A stretch of DNA of 32,000 nucleotides from an archaeon (GCA_024275415.1 JAJRZD010000085.1:1-32000), one strand, 5' to 3'. Positions 1-7,638 are shown, numbered from the stretch's first letter. The notes: generated from the letters alone by a model not told the origin. Made by a program: numbers and translations.

Positions 1-86
1 TCAGTAAATCATCATACTGGCTAACTGAAGAGTTCTAGCTGGTTCGGAATATGACAATTCCCTACATGGTGGGGATGGTGACTCTC

Positions 87-1730
87 TCAATCCTTCAGGA
101 AACGCGGTCCGCTCCAAAAGGAGAAAGCACACAACAATAAGGTTGCTATGCCCTGTCCTAAAAGTGCCACTATATGTGTTCCATATTGGACGAGCAACAC
201 CCCATAAACGATGAGAGGGGCTGTTCCGATCACTCCTGAGAGAACAATTCCCAATAGCAAAGTTGGAGTGTCGCTTCCCAAGGAAACCGCTACTGCTCTT
301 CCCCTTCCTTTGGTTCTAAAGACTCCCACAATCGTCATTGTTGCCATTGCGTATCCCATGGGGATTTGTAGTATTGGTAGCCAGAGAAGCAATGGAGTGA
401 TGGGGTTTGATACATATATCATGAACGTGATTACGACTGTGGTCATGACATGAATGAATAGGAACAGCGTCACCTTTGCCTGCATCGTCTTGGTCGAGCC
501 AATAGGCAACCCTTCCAAAATCGATGAGCCCTGAGTATCAAAAGTGAGCAATGCTATTATAATAATGCCCGAGAATCCTTGTGCATAGCCCAGAGCGACC
601 AGTACGTTCAAGCTTCTGAGATGGAGTGCTGGGATAAACTGTAGCATTGGGAATAGTGCTATAAGCATCAGCAACGGGAACACGAAGATAACTGTAGTTC
701 CTAGGTTCCTAGATGCAAGCCTCAAGTCCTTGAGAATGATAGCACCGACCTGTCCTCGTGTCCGTATATCCACTGATTGTTCTTGACTGGTGGTACCAAC
801 CTCTATGCCACCAATTATCGCACTTTTCAAAATTGCACCGCCACGACGATACACAACGTAGGCGAGCCCTGTGTAAAGCACCGATGCAACAGATGATATT
901 AAGACAAGTAGCAACGGGGTCGAAAGTGGGTCGGACACGAAGGTCAGTAATATTCCGTATGAAATAGGAAACAGTGCTCCCAAGAGAAACATTGTATATT
1001 CCATTCCAGGTATAGAAAGGATCTGACTTACGAATTCAATAATGACAGGTATGAGTGACATCATACTATAAGCTATTATCATACCTACCGCAATTCCCAA
1101 CCCTGCGATTATTCTAAGAGCAGCAGACCCCTTGCTTTGACTGGAGCTGTGTGCCTTTCGGTAGAACCACCTCGAGGTAACAATAAGTGCGCCAATCGAG
1201 AGCGATGCTGTAGATAGACATCCAACAAACGCTACTGCAGCTGCAAATGGCCCGATAAAGAAGAGTATTGCTATCGGATAGACCAGTACTAGGATAAGAA
1301 TTGGCCAGAGGAACATACGGATGAATGCCAACATGATAAGTTCTGTGCCTTCTTGTTTGGTTAGAGGCTGAATTGCTGGAAGCGTGTACAAATCCGATGA
1401 AAAAAGACCTATTGTCGATAGCAAGTTCAGGAAAAAGATGATTGCGAATCCAAATAAGAGAAACATCGCGAAAGAAAAGGTCAACTGGAGAAGCGAATCA
1501 CCACCAGGACCAAGAAAAAGTCCGCTGGCCGCCGCAGATAGGGCTGTTATAAGCAGAACAAAGACAAGCAGAAAGTTGTTCACTAGGATATTTGACTTGA
1601 TTGAACGGATGATTTTTTTTGGATTCTCTTTTATGCTGGTACGATACATAGGATTGGAGTCGAGAAATCCTTGGAATCGAGCTTCGGCGAGGATTATCCC
1701 GGCAAGCCGCCAGCGCTCTTGGAATCTCAC
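87..1730 (-). CDS. ABC-2 type exporter permease (large multi-TM archaeal type)
   Basis: 547 aa with many hydrophobic segments in two halves. GTG start overlaps the TGA of the upstream ABC ATPase (GTGA overlap) and has GGAGG upstream. Confidence 0.8.
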   Translation of the reverse strand: MRFQERWRLAGIILAEARFQGFLDSNPMYRTSIKENPKKIIRSIKSNILVNNFLLVFVLLITALSAAASGLFLGPGGDSLLQLTFSFAMFLLFGFAIIFFLNLLSTIGLFSSDLYTLPAIQPLTKQEGTELIMLAFIRMFLWPILILVLVYPIAILFFIGPFAAAVAFVGCLSTASLSIGALIVTSRWFYRKAHSSSQSKGSAALRIIAGLGIAVGMIIAYSMMSLIPVIIEFVSQILSIPGMEYTMFLLGALFPISYGILLTFVSDPLSTPLLLVLISSVASVLYTGLAYVVYRRGGAILKSAIIGGIEVGTTSQEQSVDIRTRGQVGAIILKDLRLASRNLGTTVIFVFPLLMLIALFPMLQFIPALHLRSLNVLVALGYAQGFSGIIIIALLTFDTQGSSILEGLPIGSTKTMQAKVTLFLFIHVMTTVVITFMIYVSNPITPLLLWLPILQIPMGYAMATMTIVGVFRTKGRGRAVAVSLGSDTPTLLLGIVLSGVIGTAPLIVYGVLLVQYGTHIVALLGQGIATLLLCAFSFWSGPRFLKD

Positions 1731-2506
1731 TCCGAGAGTGCCTCCCTTAGTACATCGACCCCACGAGCAACAGCATCCTCTTGTTCTGTAAGCTGAAGGA
1801 AAAGCTGCTCAAGTGTCGCACCTTCTTGTTCAGCCTGCATACGTAGTTCTTCAAGAGTGCCTTCTGCCACCAGTCGTCCATTGTCTAAGATCCCAATCCT
1901 ATCACATAGTCCCTGTGCTACTTCCATGATATGGGTACTGAGTAACACTGCTCCACCATTCTCTTTCTGGATGCCAATTATGTCTTTCATGATTCGCACG
2001 CTTTTGACATCAAGGCCCGAAAACGGTTCATCAAGAATCAGTAGTTTAGGTGAGTGTAACAATGCAGAAACCAGTAACACTTTCTGTTGGTTCCCTTGAG
2101 AAAGAGTCAGGATCATTTGATTGAGGTACTCGGAAAGGCCAAGTGCCTTTGACATCTTACGAATTTTATTCCGAGTCTTAATGTCTGGAAGGTCGCGTAT
2201 CGATGCAATGAACTCAAATAGTTCACGCGGTGTAAGTGATTCATATAAGATGTGTTCCTCGGGAACATAACCGACTTGCTTCTTGACTTCAATAGACTCC
2301 TCGCTACAATCTATCCCAAGGATTCTTCCGGTTCCAGAATCGGGTTCTAGCAGCCCCATGAGAAGCTTGAGCGTTGTCGTTTTTCCAGCCCCGTTTGGGC
2401 CCAGAATTCCGTACACTTCGCCTTCATGAACCTCAAAGGATATGTCATTAACAGCAACAAGATTTCCAAAACGCTTGATGTAATTGATAACTTCTACTAG
2501 GGGCAT
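1727..2506 (-). CDS. ABC transporter ATP-binding protein (CcmA/DrrA-like)
   Basis: Walker A GPNGAGKTT, signature LSQGNQQK, Walker B LLILDEP, H-loop STH. Confidence 0.95.
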   Translation of the reverse strand: MPLVEVINYIKRFGNLVAVNDISFEVHEGEVYGILGPNGAGKTTTLKLLMGLLEPDSGTGRILGIDCSEESIEVKKQVGYVPEEHILYESLTPRELFEFIASIRDLPDIKTRNKIRKMSKALGLSEYLNQMILTLSQGNQQKVLLVSALLHSPKLLILDEPFSGLDVKSVRIMKDIIGIQKENGGAVLLSTHIMEVAQGLCDRIGILDNGRLVAEGTLEELRMQAEQEGATLEQLFLQLTEQEDAVARGVDVLREALSE

Positions 2507-2621
2507 CTACAGGTCTCCTCTTTCATGCCAATGGACTTCAATACAAGCATTTTCCTGAATGGATATAAGCTTCTCCCACAGACTTTGAGTAAAGGAACAG
2601 GAGTAGCATATACAGAAATTC

Positions 2622-2668
2622 GAAAAAGACGAAAGGAGAACTCTCGTGCTTTAAGCACTCGATTCTCC
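2622..2668 (-). terminator. Hairpin plus U-rich tract after the PRC-barrel gene
   Basis: Minus strand reads GGAGAA-TC-GA-GTGCT-TAA-AGCAC-GA-GA-G-TTCTCC followed by TTTCGTCTTTTTCG, starting 7 nt after the stop codon. Confidence 0.6.
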
Positions 2669-2675
2669 TAGGACA

Positions 2676-3350
2676 CTACAGGAGTCCCTGAGGTCTTGGA
2701 TTGAATTTAAGGGAAACATATCTTGCATCGTCAGATTCGTGCAATGATGACGCCTCGCGTCTATAACGCTCATATTCGTCCTTGCACTTGCCTTCGAGCT
2801 GGAACTTTGTGTATTTCAGTCTGATGCCATCCTTGTCCAGTTTCTCGATAAACTCCATTGGTATCAAGACATCTAGGTCGGGCAAGACCCCTATGCGTTC
2901 CAATAGTTCTGCAAATGGGTTACCACCCGCCACAAGCCATGGTGACCCATCGATATCAAACCAGATGTCAGAAACCTTGCCGGTGTCCATGCCTTCCGAG
3001 TCGATTATCTTAAGCTTTGAGAGCTCTGAGAGTCGCATGTCTTTCTCTGTGATGGTTCCTTCATCAAGGGTCGTCTTGAGATTATCCGCATCCTCAATAA
3101 TGACAGCATCCTGTGTGATCTGAGAAATGCAATCTAGCTGGAACACTGGATCAATGTCTGGGCGGAGACCTATGGATTCCAAGAATTCTTCAATCCTGCC
3201 ACCACCCAACACTATGGACTTCAGCTTGATTGTATCATCAGCATATGTGATGATGAAATCATTCACAGTGCCTGCTTCTTTGTTCTTTGCATCTATTACT
3301 TTCTTTCCCATCAAATGACTAAATCTTATTCCGCAGCATTGAAAAGGCAT
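2676..3350 (-). CDS. Tandem PRC-barrel domain protein
   Basis: Two PRC-like repeats (SHLMGKKVIDAKNKEAGTVNDFII and RLSELSKLKIIDSEGMDTGKVSDIWFD). Start moved from 3398 to the ATG at 3350, which has GAGGTGG upstream; the longer ORF runs through the promoter. Confidence 0.75.
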   Translation of the reverse strand: MPFQCCGIRFSHLMGKKVIDAKNKEAGTVNDFIITYADDTIKLKSIVLGGGRIEEFLESIGLRPDIDPVFQLDCISQITQDAVIIEDADNLKTTLDEGTITEKDMRLSELSKLKIIDSEGMDTGKVSDIWFDIDGSPWLVAGGNPFAELLERIGVLPDLDVLIPMEFIEKLDKDGIRLKYTKFQLEGKCKDEYERYRREASSLHESDDARYVSLKFNPRPQGLL

Positions 3351-3373
3351 GAATACCACCTCATTAACAATTG

Positions 3374-3393
3374 TGAACTCATATATAAGTTCA
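3374..3393 (-). promoter_or_regulatory. TATA-like box (CTTATATA) inside a 6-bp inverted repeat, upstream of the PRC-barrel gene
   Basis: Plus strand TGAACT-CATATATA-AGTTCA, about 30-38 nt upstream of the ATG at 3350. Confidence 0.5.
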
Positions 3394-3421
3394 TTCATCT
3401 AGCATTGGGACAATAGTCGTC

Positions 3422-4081
3422 CTAAGATGGGTGGGGCTCATCCACAAGATCAAGTCTTACCTGCCTGGGTTGCCTATACAGCCCCCAGCCCTTCAAACCA
3501 GAAAGTTCGTGGGCGAATTCTTCCTTGACCTCAAAACCAAGATGCTCGTACATCTCGACGTTGCGCGAAGCGGCCGTGTCTACGTATATGCCTACTCCTT
3601 CAGTGTCGGCCAGATTGAGTACCGGCTTCAATAACTTGCTTGCAATCCCCTTCCTCTGCATCGAGGGGGACACGGCGAGCATCAGCAGATGATAACATGG
3701 GTGCTTGGCGTGTTTCCTCTCAAGTTGCCAGAACTTGAACATCACCTTGGTAGCCCTCAACCCCATAACTAGGAATGTGCTCGTGATGAGTCTGTACATG
3801 CCAAGCAAGGCACGCACTCTACGCAACAATGGCTGTTTCCTTGTAAGATGTGGTTTCCACATGACGACTCCTTTCAGAGGATGTCCCTCCCCCATCAACC
3901 GTCCCTGTGTCCATTCTATCTCTACAAGTGCTCTATATATTTTCAGGCGCATTCCTCTTTGATCGGGAAAGGATGATAGCAGGTATCTCCAAAGAGGGTC
4001 ATCTTCGAATGCATCTGCCAATATGACCGCAGCATGAGTCAGCTCCCTCTCAGAAATCTTTCTCATCCGGGTATCACCCAT
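3422..4081 (-). CDS. GNAT family N-acetyltransferase
   Basis: AAVILADAFEDDP N-terminus, acetyl-CoA motif A LAVSPSMQRKGIASKLL, motif B RNVEMYEHLGFEV. Confidence 0.9.
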   Translation of the reverse strand: MGDTRMRKISERELTHAAVILADAFEDDPLWRYLLSSFPDQRGMRLKIYRALVEIEWTQGRLMGEGHPLKGVVMWKPHLTRKQPLLRRVRALLGMYRLITSTFLVMGLRATKVMFKFWQLERKHAKHPCYHLLMLAVSPSMQRKGIASKLLKPVLNLADTEGVGIYVDTAASRNVEMYEHLGFEVKEEFAHELSGLKGWGLYRQPRQVRLDLVDEPHPS

Positions 4082-4230
4082 TCCGGTAAGTCAAATCGAT
4101 TATTTCTCATTTGCACAATAGATACTATCTTTTTCTATAAGATAGACTGCCCTAACACGGGAGAACGCTCCGGTATCATAGTCGTAGTCAGAGTCATGTG
4201 CCAGCAATAGTAGCATTATGAATCCACGCT

Positions 4231-4929
4231 CTATGTTGGCAACAGGTGCGCAGTGTTGCAATGCTCACAGACTACTGCTTCCTCCCAGTATTCTGGAAGG
4301 GGCAATGGAGCTCCACAATTCTGACATTTTAGCTCCTTGAGGTCTGCTCGTTCTTCGGGTGTGATATCAAGCCTGAATACGTTCTCAGCAACATCACTGA
4401 TTCCCTTTCCAATCTTGGCTGCTGCACGAGCTATTGCATTGGTTTCTGTATCTGTCAGGTTTCCAAGACCAACAGATTTGAAGAATGTGTCTATCGCTGC
4501 GCCCACTTTACTGAGGAACGCCCCAATGGTTCGGCCTCGTTTCCAATCTCGAATCGCAGCAATATGTACTTCGATCAACTCTTCGTCGGGATGTCCAGGT
4601 ATCTGATATCCCTTCTTCCATGGCGTCTTCTTGTCATGCGTTGGAGAGAGGATTTGACCACAGCTGGGACATTCAAGACGGTATTCTTTAGAGAAGAACC
4701 CTTTCTTGTGCTCTTTCTCACCATGCTTGTACCAGCAACGCTTGTGAGCTAACTTACTACAATTCGGGCACGGGAACAGATAGAACCGTTCAGGTTTATG
4801 TTTGATTGTCCTGCCCGCGACATTAGGGACATATGCAAGATCCTCAGTCTTGTAAGACAATAGGTCTCGCCCGCAAATGAAGCATGGTCTGTCCTTGAAC
4901 CTGTCCATTTTGTCTGCTGTGAGCTTCAT
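4231..4929 (-). CDS. Zinc-finger protein: N-terminal C4HC3 (PHD/RING-variant-like) finger and C-terminal CxxC...CxxC zinc ribbon
   Basis: C16-x2-C19-x34-C54-x2-C57-x4-H62-x2-C65-x21-C87-x2-C90, plus CQNC(202-205) and CEHC(221-224). GAGG upstream of the ATG. Confidence 0.75.
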   Translation of the reverse strand: MKLTADKMDRFKDRPCFICGRDLLSYKTEDLAYVPNVAGRTIKHKPERFYLFPCPNCSKLAHKRCWYKHGEKEHKKGFFSKEYRLECPSCGQILSPTHDKKTPWKKGYQIPGHPDEELIEVHIAAIRDWKRGRTIGAFLSKVGAAIDTFFKSVGLGNLTDTETNAIARAAAKIGKGISDVAENVFRLDITPEERADLKELKCQNCGAPLPLPEYWEEAVVCEHCNTAHLLPT

Positions 4930-4998
4930 CGTGAATCCTCAAATAGAGGTGGACGCCGAGTGCTTTTAAGGTATTTTGACGGGGATGCCTGAATCGAG

Positions 4999-5412
4999 CT
5001 ATCTACTTTCCAAAACTGCACGAATCGAGTCGGCTGCCTTCTCCAGTGTCTTCCACACTTTCTTGTCGTCAATTCTTTTGAAAAAGAGGAATCTTCCGTT
5101 TCGGATTTCGGCCCCAATCCTAAACCATCGGTTCCTAACCTTGAACTCGTGGACTGTGATGGACACACCTGACCCTTTGATTGTCGAGATTCGTGGATGA
5201 TCATACCCCAGATTCTCATTTACCCTGCGCGATGTATCCGAAAGCAGAGATATCATTGCAGCCAATCTATCCCTCTGGACTAGATCTCTAGCTCTTCCCG
5301 CAACAACAAGACCTTGCTCATTGGTCACGACGCAGTTCTTGAATGCGTAGCCAATCTCGCTCTCAAAGTCCTTGAGCACAAGGTCTAGCTTCTCAGATTT
5401 TCCCAAGCTCAT
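4999..5412 (-). CDS. Roadblock/LC7 (MglB-like) domain protein, divergent
   Basis: CVVTNEQGLVVAG...LAAMISLLSDTSRRVNENLGY...ITVHEF pattern. Start moved to the ATG at 5412, with AGGTG overlapping the upstream TAG. Confidence 0.7.
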   Translation of the reverse strand: MSLGKSEKLDLVLKDFESEIGYAFKNCVVTNEQGLVVAGRARDLVQRDRLAAMISLLSDTSRRVNENLGYDHPRISTIKGSGVSITVHEFKVRNRWFRIGAEIRNGRFLFFKRIDDKKVWKTLEKAADSIRAVLESR

Positions 5413-5423
5413 GATTGTCACAC

Positions 5424-5885
5424 CTATGTCATGGACTCCTCATGTAACCTGACTTCCCAAAGGCGAACGACCTCCCGGATTTCCTGTCTCAAGTTCTCAA
5501 TCTCGAATGATATCAAACCGAGCTCCAAATCACGTGGGAAGATGCAAGCCAGCATTACATTCTCAGCGAGATGCTTCAAAAGGATCGAAAACGAAACCAT
5601 GCCTGCATCTTCTGCTTCAATTATTACCTGTCCAAAGCTCTTAGTGTTATTGACAAGTTTGATGAAGTCTTCTGAGATCGTGATAAGTCCAGCTGACATG
5701 CTACTGATTACAGTTTCAATGTTCTCAGGCATTGATTCATTGTTGTGTCTATGACCTAATACATATCCATCGACAGTGAAGACTGTAAGGGCCCAGACTG
5801 GTAATCTGCGGTTAAATTCCATCAGGAGCTTTCTAATCTCCAATACAGGGGGAATTATGCTCTTCTCTTGATACAACGTATTCAC
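5424..5885 (-). CDS. Roadblock/LC7 (MglB-like) domain protein
   Basis: ALTVFTVDGYVLG...SSMSAGLITISEDF...QVIIEAE...MLACIFPRDLELGLISFEIENL pattern. Stop-to-start spacing is 3 nt from the GTPase. Confidence 0.8.
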   Translation of the reverse strand: MNTLYQEKSIIPPVLEIRKLLMEFNRRLPVWALTVFTVDGYVLGHRHNNESMPENIETVISSMSAGLITISEDFIKLVNNTKSFGQVIIEAEDAGMVSFSILLKHLAENVMLACIFPRDLELGLISFEIENLRQEIREVVRLWEVRLHEESMT

Positions 5886-5888
5886 CTA

Positions 5889-6557
5889 TCATATCTGCTG
5901 AAATGGGAGTGTGGACTCTTCGGGTGTCCTAGAAGTACGATTCATGAGGACACCCTCTATTTTTCTGAGAAGCAGAATCAATGCATCTTTGCATGACTCT
6001 TTATCCTTCGCTGACATCCCTATGGTTTCTCTCACTCCAAGCCATGTAGAGACTTGGAATGGATAAGCACTTTCAGGCAAGTCCTGCTTGTTGGCAATCA
6101 CCACCATAGGCAGGTTACCAAACGCAGCTAACGTTTCTGCTAGAATGGCAGATGCATCACCTATCATTGCTGGATCCGAAGAATCCACAATTAGCAGTAC
6201 ACCATTGGAGTTAATGCGCATTGTGTCACGAACGAACTTGAAATGCAGCTGCCCTGGTACCCCACGGAGTTCTACCTCCTTTGCGAGCCACGCATAGTAC
6301 TCGTCTCGTTCTCTCAGGAACTCGTTCTTCGGAATGATCAGACCTGCTGATTCCGCTGACTTCCTTGCCCATATGACTCTGCCAAGGTCAAATCCTGTGG
6401 TAGTCGTACTCTCTTCCCCACGATATTGATCTCGCAGCTTCCGTTCGACCGATATCGTATCTGGGTCTAGAGTATGAATCATCGTTGTTTTTCCGGCCTG
6501 AAACGGGCCAGTCACATAGACTTTATAGTCATATGATCGGAGGTTATGCACTGCCAT
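5889..6557 (-). CDS. Small GTPase, MglA/CvnD (ATP_bind_1-like) type
   Basis: G1 GPFQAGKTT, G2 region TTTTGFDLG, G3 GVPGQ (no canonical DxxG Asp, as in MglA TVPGQ and CvnD GTPGQ), G4 NKQD, G5 SAK. Confidence 0.9.
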   Translation of the reverse strand: MAVHNLRSYDYKVYVTGPFQAGKTTMIHTLDPDTISVERKLRDQYRGEESTTTTGFDLGRVIWARKSAESAGLIIPKNEFLRERDEYYAWLAKEVELRGVPGQLHFKFVRDTMRINSNGVLLIVDSSDPAMIGDASAILAETLAAFGNLPMVVIANKQDLPESAYPFQVSTWLGVRETIGMSAKDKESCKDALILLLRKIEGVLMNRTSRTPEESTLPFQQI

Positions 6558-6606
6558 CCTACATTCTTCCTATTCTACTGTTTTCAAAGTCAGCCGTCGT
6601 CTTGAC

Positions 6607-6969
6607 TTACAGGATATCCTCCACACTCGCTACTGCCTTTTCCATCTCAAAGTCGATGAGACCGATTTTCGCTTCTTTGGGCGCAGTGGCAATCAAAGAG
6701 GAATTTGAGAGCTTGCGGACAATGACTGTTTTGGACTCGCCCTCGATCGTGATAGTCTTTGGCTTACCGGATTTCAAGGCTGCACCCACTCTGGTTCCAA
6801 TGGAAACCAGTGCAGCAGCCATGGCTGAGATAGCCTTGTCATCAACACCTTTATGGAGTGCAGCGACCATCATCTGGCCTCTGTCACTGACCAATGCGCA
6901 ACCATCGACTTCACTGTCAGCTTCGAGTTGCTTGAGTATCGTTTCGAGTTTCTTGATTTTTGCACTCAT
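6607..6969 (-). CDS. Roadblock/LC7 (MglB-like) protein, canonical
   Basis: 120 aa from the ATG at 6969 (GGAGG SD). VDGCALVSDRGQMM...ISAMAAALVSIG...ITIEGESKTVIV...KIGLIDFEMEKA is a typical roadblock pattern. Confidence 0.9.
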   Translation of the reverse strand: MSAKIKKLETILKQLEADSEVDGCALVSDRGQMMVAALHKGVDDKAISAMAAALVSIGTRVGAALKSGKPKTITIEGESKTVIVRKLSNSSLIATAPKEAKIGLIDFEMEKAVASVEDIL

Positions 6970-6980
6970 CCTTATACCTC

Positions 6981-7103
6981 CTATTTCTCGTAATGTGGGC
7001 AAGTGTCTTTTTCTTCGGCTGGGACATAGAGCTTCTTCTTTTCGCACCAAATCAGCCCTGCAGCGTTAGATTCACCTGCATGTTTACAATCACAACTTGC
7101 CAT
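6981..7103 (-). CDS. 40-aa Cys/His microprotein, putative zinc-binding; absent from the supplied ORF track
   Basis: My translation: MASCDCKHAGESNAAGLIWCEKKKLYVPAEEKDTCPHYEK*. It fills the 141-nt gap almost exactly, starts 7 nt after the upstream TGA behind GGGAG, and its TAG overlaps the GGAGG SD of the next gene. Confidence 0.75.
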   Translation of the reverse strand: MASCDCKHAGESNAAGLIWCEKKKLYVPAEEKDTCPHYEK

Positions 7104-7110
7104 ATCTCCC

Positions 7111-7578
7111 TCACTCCAAAGACACAGTGAAGATTGATGCGTTCAGCTCTGGTCTGTAAAGAGCGGATTCGACGACACAGGTCTTACCGAGTTTCTCATT
7201 CAGTGATGCATATAGAATAGCCATCATCGGACAGGGAGGGATTTTTGTGACATCATCACCGCGGATTATCTTCGTGGCTGATGAGTAGATACACTCCCCG
7301 ATATCGATTTTTATCCTGTCTTCACTCACTTCCAAGATTTCGCAGCGTTGAACAGCACCAGATTTCTTGATTTCCTCTTTAAATGACTCCACGATAGACT
7401 GTACATCATTCCCTTTGATGTCTAAGCCGAGAGATCCCAATAGCCCTTTAGCCTCGTTCTGAAAGGCAGATGCTATTTGCGTCCAAATTAAAGGTATGTT
7501 AAGTCCCATATTTGTCATAGCTGATGCAACTGCAACCATGACGGCATTGCTAGCGTCCATGAGCTGTCTGTATTCCAC
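7111..7578 (-). CDS. V4R/H-NOX/Bet3-like fold protein (possibly MetOD1-like)
   Basis: Helical N-terminal half, then RIKIDIGECIY...PPCPMMAILYASL...CVVES...ASIFTVSL, resembling the V4R C-terminal alpha/beta layout. GGAG precedes the GTG start. The family call is by eye only. Confidence 0.5.
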   Translation of the reverse strand: MEYRQLMDASNAVMVAVASAMTNMGLNIPLIWTQIASAFQNEAKGLLGSLGLDIKGNDVQSIVESFKEEIKKSGAVQRCEILEVSEDRIKIDIGECIYSSATKIIRGDDVTKIPPCPMMAILYASLNEKLGKTCVVESALYRPELNASIFTVSLE

Positions 7579-7638
7579 CGTAATTTTCTCCTGTTCTGCC
7601 CAAGCGGAATGGGCTAGTTATGCATATGTCTGATTATT

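Noticed and set aside
1-86. Possible tail of a plus-strand gene ending near position 38
   Set aside because: Too short to support a call.
3422-4081. GNAT as a toxin of a toxin-antitoxin pair
   Set aside because: No small RHH-type antitoxin gene upstream, and the sequence resembles ordinary small-molecule acetyltransferases.
5889-6557. Calling the GTPase a Rag, Rab or Arf orthologue
   Set aside because: G3 is GVPGQ without the DxxG Asp, and there is no fused C-terminal roadblock domain or CaaX motif. It fits the MglA/CvnD group better.
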